Source: Eledone cirrhosa (Eukaryota). From it: a stretch of DNA of 64,000 nt. The DNA lies in assembly GCA_964016885.1 (NCBI GenBank), contig OZ024740.1, forward strand, positions 339,078,001-339,142,000, read 5' to 3'. The position numbers and the translations under genes were made by a program. The notes beneath the pieces are model-generated. The model saw only the letters and a program-made list of their open reading frames with translations, searched no databases and was not told the DNA's origin. This document shows positions 17,522 to 31,661 of the stretch, piece after piece; position 1 is the first letter of the stretch, and each line of letters begins with the position of its first letter.

Positions 17522-19305
17522 TGTCTCCTGGCGGACAGATTCACTGAGCACCTCCGGGATATTCTTCTCGGTGGTAGTTCCCCCATCGCCCGCCACTTTG
17601 GTGCCCCTGGACATTCCGCACGCCATCTCACAGTCTGTGGCCTACTCCAATGCCACGGAACACCCGCCAATCTCCTCAGAGTTGAACAAAGAACCATCTT
17701 CATCTTACAGACCCACATTCCCCCGGCCTGAACTCCCCACCCTTATTCCTTTAGCCTTCGACCGCCCCCCTCCCCCCACACATATCCCCCACTAACACCA
17801 CTAACACACCCCTCCTTTTCACCGCCCACCCCACAACTAACAATACTAACACCTCCACTCCACCCCTCATCCGACTACCCTTCCCCAACTAACATACTAA
17901 CATCCATCCCTTCTTCTCCTCCCCCTCTCCTTATCCCACACACACACCCATCGGCACATATAGGGCGCTCACACTAAACACACACCCTACTACCACCACT
18001 AACCCTCACCCCCACACATCCACCCCACCATCCCGCAACTAACATCACAAACACCCCCTGACCCCAAGCACACGAACACACGCACCCACTTACACCACCC
18101 ACCCTACACGCAACTAACATCACTAACACCCCCCAACCCCACGCACATGTACACACACACCCTCTTACACCACCAACTCTACACACCCTACCACCACTGA
18201 CCCCCACTCACACCCGCATTCAACCCTTTCTCCACCTCCTGTATACTAACACCCACTAACACCCCCTTCATCTAACTACACACACACCAGTACACCACAC
18301 TCCCTCCATCAACCCCCACACCCTTCTCTCCCCGCTCCACCCACACCCTTTCTCCAACACTCATTCATCCCACTAACACCTCTACTAATATACACACACA
18401 CCCACTCCTCACTCATACTTTCACACCTACCCATCCTCGCCCCTTTACCCGTCCACCCTACTGCTGCTATGCCTTCTGACCACCTCCCAGCACACACAGA
18501 CACACAGCACTCCTACTGCCTTGACCACTTCCTGTTGCGCGCGCACCCCTCATCTCCCCTCTTCCGACCATCTCTTCACGGATTCCTCGTATGTGGACCT
18601 TGACCGCGGAATCACTACCGTCCTAGGATTTTACCAACCTTTCCACCACATCTTCTTACGGAATCACCTTCATGACTCACCCACACACACACCAAAAAAA
18701 CATTTTTTTTCCCACACGCCACCTACACCACAACACGCTTAAACACCACACACACGTGCGTTCCGCCACATATTTACACATTCAGCCTCCGGATTCCTCT
18801 CTCCCCACCCCTCTATCCACACACGCACACACACTCCGACCTACACCCCACCCCACACACACCTCTTCCTGAACATGCAACCCCGTTCTTCCCCCAACCC
18901 TTGCTTTCACATACACACACACATACACACACGTACACCTACACACACACACCACCTTCAGCCCTCACCGCTCGGACACCCCATCTCCCTCTCCCCACTC
19001 CACCCACCACCACCCCTACACGCCCCACCTTCTTCCACCACCTGTTTTATCCCATTTTAATTTTATTTTGATCATGTCTTTATTTTTATTTTCATTAGCA
19101 CCGTTTCCTCCCACACCCTTTTTGCTATATGTCTCTCCACCACTCCCCTACACACCCTTTGAACTCTCTTCCCACACACTCTTCACCCGAAGAAGGGCTT
19201 ATGCCCGAAACGTCGTTCCCCACCACCACCCCACTCTCAAGAGCGTGAAATTAATAAACATTCGTTGTACTGCCTCTCTGTTTTGTTCCTGTTCAAATTT
19301 TCCAT
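17522..19305 (+). mobile_element. Neptune-like PLE 3' fragment (GIY-YIG end + C/A-rich 3' region), paralogue of 9058-11150
   Basis: LADRFTEHLRDILLGGSSPIARHFGAPGH...EQRTIFILQTH; HHR remnant CCGAAGA agggcttatgccc GAAACGTC at 19187-19214. Confidence 0.85.
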
Positions 19306-19457
19306 TATATATATATATATATATATAACAGAGTTTTGTAGCTTGCTTGAAACATTGTTTTATAGGAAACACAAATTTAAATTTTGAAGACCAGCACAAT
19401 GCGCATGGAGAATGTTAAATTGCCAAGTAATAAAAGAATCTTACCATACCAAATATA

Positions 19458-19494
<37 letters not shown>

Positions 19495-19497
<3 letters not shown>

Positions 19498-20288
19498 TGG
19501 CGGACTGGCCAGAAATGAGGTGCAATAGATATGAAACATTGATTGCAGGTTAAAATGTAGTCTAGATAGATGAGAAACAAAACGAGGATGTAGTTTATGG
19601 AACACCCAAATGATTTAGAAGTCGACCTTAAGTAGGAGCAATAACATTAAGAAAGACATGAACGACACCACAACACTTTGTTTTGAAAATAGGTTTATAA
19701 GTATGAATTTTCATACGATTTTTCGTAGTTGTCTCTGTGGCTTAGCGGTAGGTACTAGAGACGGTGGAGATCCTGGCTCTGGGTTCAATCCTGGCTAAGA
19801 GGTACTTGTAATATTTTTCAGTTTTTATTTTAGATAAACCCATAGAAAATAACTGAAAAGGTTTACTGGGAACCCTTGTCCCGACCAGGATCGAACTTCA
19901 GACCAGGTTCACCACCGTCTACGATTCCTCCAAATAGGCCACCGAGACAGCTACAAAGGTATAATGAAAATTGATAATTATAAACCTACTTTCAAAATCA
20001 AAGTTTAAAATATGTTGCTGTCGTTCATGGCTTTCCTTGAGCTATTAATAATATTTAAGTTCGATTTCTGGTCATTATTGAAAGTCTCTGGATTTCGCAA
20101 AATACATATTTTTTTATTGGAGAAAATAAGATATTTTTTCGCAAAATTTTGATTGCTCTGTTTTGTTTCCAATTACGTATTTTTCGAAAATATTATTTAT
20201 TCATTATAAAAATTAAATGATAACATTCTATATGTAGGTGGGCCCCCTTCATCTCCTGGCAACCAATTTTTTTAGACCCAGTCAGTCA

Positions 20289-20291
<3 letters not shown>
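19495..20291. mobile_element. MITE / non-autonomous DNA transposon with CAGTG termini in TA, containing an internal inverted repeat
   Basis: Left cagtggcggactgg, right ccagtcagtcactg; TA on both sides; internal arms ~19620-19830 / 19850-20070. Confidence 0.6.
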
Positions 20292-20338
<47 letters not shown>

Positions 20339-20342
<4 letters not shown>

Positions 20343-20645
20343 GGCGGTGGCACTGGGAGGAGAGGGCAGTTGGGCCACGGCCCTCCCGAATAATGATATT
20401 TTTCTTCCCAAACTACCAAAACACATATCTATTTGTATATGCGCTACAATTTATGTGTATGTTATGTTTATCACATATTGAAGATTTCTGAACAAAATGG
20501 TCAGAAACCTTCAATTCAGTCAATTTAGTTGTAGTGTTTAGTTTCACTTTTTGCTGTCTAAAATAGACAGCAAAAAGCTAAACTAAACACTACAACTAAA
20601 TTGACTGAGTTTGCCCCCAATTCAGAAATGCTTCCACTGCCCCTG
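20339..20645. mobile_element. Short MITE (hAT-like termini)
   Basis: aggggcggtgg ... ccactgcccctg terminal inverted repeat; internal inversion 20517-20545 / 20580-20608. Confidence 0.5.
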
Positions 20646-20949
20646 CATATATGTATCGTTTGTCATCGTGTATGACAAGGTAAAGTTCTGTGTATGTGTG
20701 TGTGTGTTTATATGTTAGTGTGTGTATGTCAGTGTGGCACCGGGTGTGCGTGTGCTAATTTCAGTTTGTGTATGGATCGACATATATATATCCAACAAGT
20801 TAAAGTTCTGTGTGTGTGCGTATTTATATGTGTGTATGTGTGTAATAATGAGTTTGTATATATCAACATAGTTTTTTGTGTGAGTATGTAAGTAATTGTC
20901 TGTGTTTGTATTAATGTGAGTGCGAGCGTGTGAGCGACTTATGCATATA

Positions 20950-21052
20950 TAGGTAAAATTCCGTGATAACGAATACCATTATAACGAATTTTTCAGTATA
21001 ACGAAATGCTCGATGTGTTAGGTCGATCTCGTTATAACGAAATTTCACTGTA
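20950..21052. mobile_element. Tigger/pogo-like mini-MITE
   Basis: Repeated TATAACGAA motifs; right end tcgttataacgaaatttcactgTA; degenerate left end. Confidence 0.5.
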
Positions 21053-21532
21053 TCGTCTTTATTGGTCGTTCCAGTTTCCAAAACATACTGTCACATAAAA
21101 CACACCCTTAAATAAATAAAAATAAAGGTTGGGGAAAAAGTATATTAGTATTTATGTAAAATCAAAAAAGTATTTTTCCTGAAAATCGAAATAGAAAAGA
21201 AGTTTAACTTCCCCTTCCCTCCCACCAAAAATCGATAAACTAGCTTCAAAACATACAATATCCTCGTTATTTTCTCTATTGTACAACGAATTAGGGAATA
21301 ATAGAAATAGTTATGGTTTTACAAGAAAAAACATTAACAGACTTGACAACCTCTAAAATCCAAACAGGGAACATGATGAAAAAAGAACCCTAAAACGGGG
21401 AGAAATTAAGCAAAATGGGAAAATTTTACACAATGAAAGCTATACCCATTTTCACAAGAGAATACATCTCTCAACCACCCCAAAGTGGGTGGGAGATCTC
21501 CCTGTCTGACGAGGAGAGTTGACAGGTCTGTA

Positions 21533-22757
21533 GTGGTGGTTTGGCAGTATCGGTAGAGGGTCGGACGCCATGCTTTGACGCAAATAGTTACGGCACTTCC
21601 CATTCCGAGTTCAAATACCGCCGAGGTTAACTTTGCCTTTCATCCTTACGGGGTCGATAAAATAAAGTACCAGTAATACACTGGGTTATTGCTGGCCTTG
21701 TGCCAAAAGTAGAAACAATTATTATTAATGACGTATTAAAATGAAATATATATGATATACAGCCTGTATACCTGTATAATACAGGTATACTTCTTCATGG
21801 CTTGTGCATGATTATTACAACAACAACAAAAACTCCGTTTTATTTTCGTTTGTTCGCATGGTAGGTTTTAGTGAGTTGTGAGAGGGGGAGATGGAATGAG
21901 TGAGAGGTAGAGTAGTATTTCTTTCTATATATAGAGAGAGCGTGACAGACGGGCTCACAGACCAGCTCTTATTATAGAAGAGGTTATCATTATTACTATT
22001 GTGAGAGTGGTGAATTGGCAGAATCGGTAGAGCGTCGGTCATTATGCTTTGCAGCATAGCCTTTTAGATTCTGAGTTCAAATCCCGCCAAGGTTAACTTT
22101 GCCTTTCATCCTTACGCGGTCGATAAAATAAAGTACCAGTCACGCACTGGGGTAGATTTAATCGACTTTCCCCTCCCCCAAAATTGCTGGCCTTGTGCCT
22201 ATATAAGAAACAATTATTATTGTGAGGGCGGTGGGTTGGCAGAATCGTTAAAGCGTTTGACACGATGCTTTGCAGCATTGAGTTATAGCCTTTTAGATAC
22301 TGAGTTCAAATCTCGCCGAGGTTAGTTTTGCCTTTCATCCTTACACGGTCGATAAAATAAAGTACCAGTCACGCACTGGGGTCGATTTAATCGACTTTCC
22401 CCTCCCCTCAAATTGTTGGCCTTGTTCCTAATGTAGAAACCATTGTTATTGTACCTTCTATCCTTCCAGCGTCAATAAAATAAAGAAATATTAAAATACT
22501 GAGTCGATGTAATCGATGTTCTCCTCCCTGCAAATTGTTCGCATTGTGCCTAGAAATCAGAATTATTATAAAATGGTTTATGGCATTTAGTTACGGCCCT
22601 TTACGTTCTGAGTTCAAATCTCGCTGAGGTCAACTTTGTCTTCCATCCGTTTTGGGTCAATAAAACAAAGTACCAGACTAACACTGGAGTCGATTTAATC
22701 GAATTTCCCCCTTTCTTCCAATTGTTGGCCTTGTGTCAAATGTAGAAACAATTATTA
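21533..22757 (+). mobile_element. Cluster of about five tRNA-derived SINE copies (21533-21727, 22007-22221, 22225-22451, 22452-22568, 22580-22757)
   Basis: A-box-like tggcagaatcggtaga, B-box gagttcaaatccc, conserved body ttgcctttcatccttacggggtcgataaaataaagtaccagt, (att)n tail. Confidence 0.85.
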
Positions 22758-23149
22758 ACGAAGAAAGAATTATTATATGCAGCAGCAGTAGTAGTAGTGG
22801 TGGCGGTTGGTGGTAGTATATTTGAATTCACATAGTTTGATACAACAGAAAATCACGTAATACAACAATACACTACAATACATAACATAATACAACACTA
22901 CACAATTTCAGCCTAAATAACCTCTTTCAAATACGAAATCTTTTGCGAGACTTCAAGACTTGCTCAAGTCGCACGTACGAACAGCAGCTTTTAAATAAAA
23001 CAGATTTTCTGTGCTATAAAACCAATGATATTGCTGCGCTGAAGTAAATACACGTGTAGACTATCTCCCGTTGAAAAGTTGCCAGATTTTCTTCAGAGGA
23101 AGAAGACAAGAGGCAATGATTGCCAAGGGACACATTTTCATATAAAAAG

Positions 23150-24830
23150 ACTTTTTCAATTGCTTTGTTGAATTCAACTTGTATATTATACAAAGAAGCA
23201 TTTGTTGATAAAAGACTTCACGAGTTAATATTTTCTAATGTTTGAAAATTAAGTTTGAATTGAATTTGATGTTGTGAAAACAGTTTGATTCTAATTTCAA
23301 TTGCGCGTTATTGCAAAGAAAACAAAAGTAAAATCGGAAATTGATAGTAAGCATTCAATGAACAATGGAAAATTAGGTTCTTCGGGATAACTGTTGTACA
23401 TTGCTGTGAAAACATTTCCTCACATATTAATAGATATGATCTTAATAGACATTAAAAAACACATCAGATAGAAGAAACACTGAAGCTTGATTCCGAGTTA
23501 GAAAAATGTGATTAAGAAAAAGGGCGAACTCATAAGAAAACAAAATATAATCGTTAAAAGAAGTTGTGAAAATTTGGCGATGGGAAAAGCATAATAAGAA
23601 ATCGTTCTATTAGAGAAGAATGTATTAGACTTTGTCGCCAAATACCTGGTTGTAGAAATTGTGAAAGAAAAGTAGACAAAATTGCACTTTCAAAGCAAGC
23701 AATTACAAGGCAGAGCAAAGAACTCTCTTATGATGTATCTTAGTCACTGAAAAACATTATCTAAACAATTACTTACATTTCTTTAGCTTTGGAAGCATAC
23801 CGACATATGTGGTATAATCCAGTTAAGCATTTTTATAAGAAGAATTGATGACAATTCTAATTAATGTATTTGGAGAACTTCTCGGTCTTGAGTTACTTCA
23901 GATAAAATCAAGGTAAAAATTTAACAAAGTAAAATCAGGTTTAGAAAATGTGCAAGTATATTATTTGTTCTTACGAAACTTCGTCAATGGTTGGTAAAGT
24001 CGTGTGACTACAATTTTAATGATAAACGTTATTTAAGATCGTCCTCGCATCAATAGTCGTTGTATGGAAAAACATTTAAGCATGCAGCATGTTAACTTTT
24101 GTGAAATGCGTAAAGAAAATTATGACAAAGCTTTAAACTGACGAGAATCAGAGAATTTTGCTGTGTTTTAGATTTGGAAAATGGCAATCTTGTCCCTCAT
24201 TGCGAGATACATAGGCGTTCTAGTGGAAATGTTATAAATAACTATTCAAATCTGAAAAAAGCTCTTAATTTTCTAGAAACGAAATATGAACTACCCGAGG
24301 AAAGATCCATTTATGAGATATTAATTGGCTATTTGATTCAGCATTCTACTTGACGTAACCCGTCATCACAATGTTCTAAATTTGGAACTCCGTCACAAAA
24401 ACAAATTCTTTCCTAGCTTAGTACGTGCATTCATAATGGAATTATAACTGTTCATTTGCCAGGTAGAAAAGGAAGATTTGAAAGGGTTTTTGAACTTAAT
24501 GCCAACTTTGAAAATATATTGGAAAAAGCAGATTCAAAATGTTATTTTCAAGATGTTAAGAAAACTACATTCATAGACACAATTTCACACAGTGAAAAAA
24601 ATATAATGATGATATCTGATGTTATACAGATAAAACTTATTGACATATTCATTATTACAAATGAAATTCCAGAATTCCCTTCAATTATAAACGATGCTGA
24701 AATGATTAATTTCTGGTGATTATCACCCGGAGAACATTTTCCAGAACTAAGAAAACTTGCCCAGAGATATATTTACCATTTCTTCAAATCGGAGACTTGG
24801 TCCGAATGCTTGCAACTAAGTGAATTCTGC
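23150..24830 (+). pseudogene. Highly decayed hAT transposase (SPIN/GTF2IRD2-like)
   Basis: Remnant motifs in mixed frames: SLAL(DES)TD, AFLLDVTRHHNVLNLEL, FW..SPGEHFPELRKLAQR; many stops. Confidence 0.6.
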
Positions 24831-25152
24831 TAAATGCATCCAAGATTAGGGTGGGGAGAGGTAAAACGGAGGATCGATTAAGTATACTTATATACACACG
24901 CTTAGTATTGGAGGTCACGAGAATAAGTACTCATTGCCATAATAGAAACTAATAATTTCTTATTGTCTTGTTTCTTTTGAGTTTCGCCTCTATATTCACA
25001 GGATCATCAGACAAAACTCTTGCCGGACAAGAAATATATATAGTATCAACAACAAAGGCACACAGAAAAACAGTTACATAAGGCAAACAGACAACTACAT
25101 ATCTAGACCTCTTCAGCTACCCTCTGGCGTGTAATTCTGCTCATAAAGGTGT

Positions 25153-25255
<103 letters not shown>

Positions 25256-26432
25256 CTGCTGATAGCAACGTGTGTACACTATTTATATTAAACAGTCTTC
25301 CAGTATAGAATGACTGCTCTAAGAATTTGAGGTATTGTTTAGTAAACAATGGAAAATTTATGCTTGACTCTATTAAAATAACATGTTTGATAGTATTTAA
25401 AGGATATTTTTTATACCTAATTTGTGTGGTAACAAATAATTAGAAACCGGAGCTCGCCTTCCATGAATAGTTACTCGCAGATAAATAGTTTTCCAGTAGA
25501 CGCAGTAAGGAGATTTTAGAAAATACTCAAAACTATCATGCTGTATCTTATGAAACTATGTATATGTACTGAGTGTGGGCAATACAAAATTGAGTGAAAT
25601 TAACCGAAATGCCTATACAACACAGTGGAATTTCAGAAAGAAAAATATACCAACTAATATGTGAGCTCAGGTTCTTAATCTGGCCATATAATTGTTTTTT
25701 TAATGTATTTCATGTGTAGATTTTATCGGAACAAATTCTTGTAATTGATTTTGAAATTCATTTTGGTTGTAGATATCTTTTAAATAGATTATATCAATTA
25801 TAGTTACGGTGTTATAGTTGAGTGTGGATTTTTTTTTATAGATTTTGTTGAAACTCATTGTGCTCAGAGATGCGTTGTCTTTATTGTGTGTTTATCGAAG
25901 ATAATTTAAAACTTAAATTTTAGATTACAAGTATGCAAAATAAATTCAAAATTTTAAAATCTAAAATAGCAAAATTTAAATCAAAAATTCAAAAATGTTT
26001 ATGAAAAAGGATATTTGAATGTTATAATTTTGCATGAAATTGTTAAAATATAAAATACTACAGAATTTTGAATTTTTGAATAATTTATGCGCCGAATAAA
26101 CAATGTCTTAAAAACATCGGCCAACTACTACAAAAGTAATTATTTATATAACTTTGACAACTTTGATAACTTTGGCAAGCAGACTCAGAGCTGGTTTTAT
26201 AAAGGGGCAAAGAAGACAATTGCTCAGTACCTCTTGCTGTGGGGGGACCTCACTAGCGACGCCCACAGCAATTTATTTGTGCCCTCACCTGAGTTTTTTA
26301 GTTTTAGGATGGTTAGAATTTGTTTTATTTAATACCTGTATGTATAACTTTTCAATTCCAATTACTTGTGCCAAGCTAACTTTGATATGTAAAATTGGGG
26401 CGTTTACTGTGTATTCTATTTTTTGTGTATGA

Positions 26433-26600
26433 GCATAGAGTTACGGCCCTTTACGGCCTGAGTTCAAATCCGAGGTTAACTTTGTCTTTCATCCTTACGG
26501 GGTCTATAAAATAAAGCACCAGTTCGGTACTGGGGTCGATTTAATTGACTTTCCCCTCCCACCAAATTACTGCTCTTGTGCCTATACTAGAAATTTTAAT
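26433..26600 (+). mobile_element. tRNA-derived SINE copy
   Basis: gcatagagttacggccctttacggcctgagttcaaatcc...catccttacggggtc. Confidence 0.8.
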
Positions 26601-27329
26601 GATCATCATCATTATTAAACGATTGGATGTGCTTCGCTTCTCTCAATATTTAAGATTTTTACCAATTAATTTACATTGAAGATACCGTTTTTATGTTGAA
26701 CTTCCACATAGGATGGGTGGAATGTAACTGCTTGTATTATTTGAGGAAAACGACTTTAAATTGAAAAGAAATTAACTGCCTTCTCTAGTTGACGAGTCTC
26801 ACCGGTGCATCCGTTTTGTCCGAATGTACTCCCTTAATCTTTATATCAACCGACCTACCGCAAAGTATTGGTGTTATTTGTCCATATCTGGTGCAGGACA
26901 CAATGGAATCCAACGTGGGCTAGCGCATCGATTCTTCCGCACGCCGCTTGTCTGGGAGTCATTGTTAAAATTTAACTTGCAGCCACCAGTAATTCCTGTT
27001 AGAGAATACGGTTAGAGAATTGAAATCGGCTCGCAATTTCCGTATGCGGTCTGTATCCATGGTTTCAAATGAAAACTAAGCCTGATAGTAGTCTAAATAT
27101 ATACTACCAATACTCATCAAAACAATTCTGAAAAAAATTTTGCTGGATGTCAAAAGTATTGAGTAAAAATTTTATGACATTTCTGAGTCTGATAGATCTG
27201 TTACTTTCCAAGATAACAATACGGGACGAGATAGTATGGCAGATACTGTGAATGCATTGACCCTTTACGATACAAAATTGTTTGTTGTAAAGTGATTATA
27301 TTTAAACACTTTAAAACACTGCTATCATA

Positions 27330-29870
27330 ATTTTATGTAAGAATCATTAAATTTTATTCTGAATACCTGCCTATAAAAGTTGTAATTAGGTTTTTAATTT
27401 TTTCTGTAAAAGTATAATTTTAGCTTTGCGAATTTTTCAATTAAAAATTGCGATTTAGATTAAGAACATTTCCCGTTAAAAAGTGTGATTTAGTCTACGA
27501 TTTTATTTTTTCCCAAACACTCTTAGAAACGTTTCTGTGATTTGGAATTTGAAAAGTTTTCCCATTAAAATGTGTTATTTAGGCTTTGGAAATGTTCTTG
27601 CATGAGTGATTTGAAATTTGAAAACGTTTTCTTTTTTTTTCATTAAAAATAATGATTTAGGATTTAAAACTTTTCTTTTTTATCAAACACCCTTTAGTTT
27701 GTGAAAATGTTTTCCTATCAAGTGTTTGATTTACGATTAGAATTTTTTATTTTTTTTATTTTTAAAGTAGGAATTAGGTTTTGAAATTTTGTTCAATAAA
27801 ATACTCGATTTAGACTTTGGACCGTTTCCCCATTAAAAACGTGAGATTTATACATTGCAATTTTTTCTATTAATTGGTGATGTAAACATTTTTTCGAGAG
27901 AGTTGAGCATCTAAAATATTTTCAGAAAACGTGTTATTTTGGCTCTGAAAAAAGAAAAGAGGGGAATTTAAGTATTAATTTTTGTGTGATTTAAGCTTTG
28001 AAATTTTTTCCATAAAATAGTGAGTTATAAAAAGGGTGGTTTAGACTCTGAAGGTGTGTTTTTTCCTATATATGTAATTTAGGAGTTAAACATGTTTTTC
28101 CAATATAAAGTATAAATTAGGCTTTGAAAATATTTTTCCCATAAAAAATATGATTTAGTTTCTGAGAATTCTTTCCTATAAAAAGTGTGATTTAGGCTTT
28201 GAGATTTCTTTGCTATAAATAGGATTTATGATTTGAAAACATTTTCCATTAAAATGTATTATTATATAGGCTGGAAGATTTCAACATGTGAACATTTTCC
28301 CCTATAAAATGTTTGATTTAAGGTTAGAAAATACTTTTTATTAATAATGTGATTTAGGTTTTGAAAATGTTGTCCCACAAAGAGTTAGGTTTAGACTTGG
28401 AGAATGTTTTATGTTATAAATTGTAATTTAGGCTTTGGAATTTATTATTTAGGTTGGGAAAAATGTATTCATATAATATAGGATTTATGCTTTAAACGTT
28501 TGTTCTTATAAAAATAGGATTTAAGCTCTGAGAATATTTTCCTACAAAAAGTGTGATTTATTAGTTGAATAATGTTTCCAATATGAAGTGAAAATACTTT
28601 CCTATGAAAAAGGAAAAATTGGCTTTAAGCTTTGAATACTTTTCCATTAAAATGTATTGTATTATTTGGAATTTGAAAATGTTTCCGTTAAAAAGCGTAA
28701 TTTTAGGCCAAGAATTTTTTTGATTTCTTATCACAAACCGTCAGTTTCTTGCAAGGTGAACTTCTAGTTGCTGCTAGATTCCAGATGGTGGTTTTGTTTT
28801 TATTTGAAAAAGTATGGTTTATCCTTTGCAATAACAAGTGTTATTTAGACTCTGAAATTTTCTTTTTATAAGTATTCTTTAACAAAAGAAAGTGTTTCCT
28901 TAAACGTTTAATTTATATTTTCAATTTTTATTCCTTTAAAAATGCGAACTGCGCGTTGAACATTTTGTCCTATACAAAGTGTGATTTAGGATTTAATTGA
29001 TTATTTTCCTTTAAATGTATGCTTTAGGTTTTGAATATGCTTTCGTATAACAAGTGCACTTAGTTTTGAACGTTTTCCCATTAAAATGTCTTATTTAAGC
29101 TTTGAAAACTGTTTCTATTAATAAGTGTGATTTAGCCATCAAAAATACTTTTTTCTTACTCTTTAATAAGCGAAAATCTTTTATATGACGTTTAGGCTTT
29201 TATACTGATTTTGGATATTTCGTTTTAAAAGACGCTCGATTTAGGATGACAATATTTTTTCCTATCAAAAATATATTTGGGTTTCGAAAGTTTTTTGCAA
29301 TAGGCTTTGAAAACATTTTCCCTATACAAAGTGTGATTAAAGCGTTGAAATGTTTTTCCCATAAAAATTGTGAATTAGAATTTCATATTTTTTCTTATAT
29401 GTGTGATTTAGGCTTTCAAAATTATTTTCTCTGAGAAGTGCAATTTAGGCTTTAAAAATGTCTTCCTATAAAAAAGCATTCTTCGTATTTCAATTTTCCT
29501 CTTAAAGATAGTGATTTAGTAATTGAAATTTTTTTCGACAAAAAAAAAGTGCAAATAACAGCTTTGAAAATGTGTCTTATAGAGAATATTGTTCAAGCTA
29601 TGAAAATGTCTTTCTTTCACAAAGTTGTTTATCGTTTCAAAATATTTTCCTATAAAATCTGATTTAGGCTTCGAAAATGTTTTCCATTAAAATGTATGAT
29701 ATAAGCTAAGAAAATCGTCTCCTATAAAAAGTGTTTTGTATTTAAAATGGTTTCCATTGAAAAGTGCGATTTTGTATTTGAAATTCTTTTTCTCATAAAA
29801 TTTCCTATAAGAAATATTTGGGCTTAGAAAATGTTTACCATTAAAATGTAACGTGGGCTCTGAAATCTAA
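27330..29870. repeat. Degenerate tandem repeat (satellite/minisatellite), ~40-bp unit
   Basis: Recurrent aaaagtgtgatttaggctttgaaaatgttttcctat with divergent copies over ~2.5 kb. Confidence 0.8.
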
Positions 29871-30439
29871 GAAGTTTTTTATTTTGTTGTGTGATGATTG
29901 CGTTATTGTGTGTGTTTGTGTTTGTTTCGTGTGATATGGTGTGATGTGCAGAAATACAGAAAGAATACTGTTAGAGAATTGAAATCGGCTCGCATAAGAT
30001 TTAAGATAAGCCTTTCATGTCATTTGTTTTAACTGTGTGTAGTTATGTGAGCACTGTTTTTTATTATTATTATTGGGGTGGGGGGAGGAGCGTTCATTTT
30101 CTGTGGATTCTGCTAATGCATGGGAAGCATCAATCATCAACAGTCAGTGCAAGTAAAAGCATTTTACCTCTGTTGGGGAAGAAATTGACGGTTAAAATAA
30201 GCTATCATGAGTAGTCCTCACACTTATGAAGGTGTTTCGCTCGCCCATATTTCTCTGTACCAGTGGAAATGAAAGGCCAATACATCTGGGAGAGACAACT
30301 GGGTTGTATGGAAGATTGCTGCTTTCTGTTGCGTTTATCCGCCCTAATAGGCAGATATTTTCCCCTTTCAGAGTCTCTATCCCCCTTTACGCATTAAAGT
30401 GAATCCCTATAGTGGCGTTGCTGGTTCAGTCACCGGGAG

Positions 30440-30680
30440 CCTGACAACATTTATCATAACTAGTGATCCATTTATTATTGGTAGAGTTTTTGCTTTCATA
30501 TTCCATATTCTGCTTATTACCATTTCGAAACCCCTGTTTTCTGATAATTCATCGAGCAGCACTCAGATGTTTTCAGGTGATGTTTTAGTCAGAAAGAACT
30601 GAGATTTCTATTAGAGAGACAATTATATTTGATTTCGTCAGTATGGATTGATCTAGATTATTGGAACCAAATCGTTATGT
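30440..30680 (-). pseudogene. Decayed RLE-domain fragment of an R4/Dong-like element
   Basis: Minus translation LIEISVLSD*N...EMVISRIWNMKAKTLPIINGSLVMI parallels LIDMSVPIDKN...EIEIGKMWKLRTKTIPVVVGALGMI of ORF 45571. Confidence 0.55.
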
Positions 30681-30769
30681 TTTGTACATGTGAACGTTTA
30701 TAGCGCATCTTTTTGGTGTTAACGTTGAAGTGATGGCAGCGACTGACTCAATCATATCTGAGAAAATAC

Positions 30770-31505
30770 TTTGACCTTCATATCTCGCCATGAATGCAGA
30801 CATAGAGACAGCTGTCAGCATGCCGCACAGTCTCTTCCGTAAGATCTGGGAGAAGGAAGATGTCCTGACCCAGTGGCAGGAAGGGATCATCACCAAGCTG
30901 CAGAAAAAAAGGTGACCTAAGGGACTACAGCAACTACCGAGGGATCATGCTCCTGTCAGTGCCAGGCAAGGTTCTCAACAGTGTACTACTGGAGAGGATA
31001 AGGGAAGCAGTCGACCCCAAGCCCCGGGATCAACAAGCGGAATTCAGCAGGAACAGATCCTGTAAAGATCAGATCACCAGCCTACGCATCATTGCAGAGC
31101 CGTCACTAGAATGGAATTCCTCACACTACATCAACTTCATAGACTACGAGAAAGCGTTCGACAGTGTGGACAGAGAGACACCATGACGCAATACGGAGTT
31201 CCTGAGAAGATTAGCACCCTCATCCGGTGCTCTTACCAAGACATGAGCTGTAAGATCACCTACGGCTGCTAACTGTCGGAAAGTCTCGAGGTGAAGACCG
31301 GAGTTCGTCAGGGATGCTTGATGTCACCGTTCCTCTGTCACCGTTGACTGGATAGTGAAAACCACTACAACAGACAGGAACAATGATATACAGTGGTCAC
31401 CCTGGACACAGCTGGATGACCTCAATTTGGATGATGACCTAGCACTCGTCACACAGATAGGACCAGATACAGAACAATACCTCACGCTAGGAGACCACCT
31501 CAGCT
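30770..31505 (+). pseudogene. RTE-clade LINE RT fragment
   Basis: KKGDLRDYSNYRGIMLLSVPGKV, FIDYEKAFDSVDR, VKTGVRQGCLMSP, LDDLNLDDDLAL. Confidence 0.88.
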
Positions 31506-31591
31506 GTGTGTGTGTAATTGAGAAGTTTAGGCACCTATAAAATCTAACTCGAGATATTAAAAATAACGGAGAGAACTTTCATTACAACCTA

Positions 31592-31661
<70 letters not shown>

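Noticed and set aside
24965-25018. Minus-strand CUGAUGA...GAAA motif
   Set aside because: Stem III and UH site cannot be formed convincingly; too degenerate to call
26760-27000. GC-balanced unique segment as a host exon
   Set aside because: No recognisable protein motif in any frame and weak splice context
27330-29870. Regularly spaced ~40-bp motif resembling a CRISPR array
   Set aside because: Units are contiguous degenerate tandem repeats without unique spacers; eukaryotic context and no cas genes
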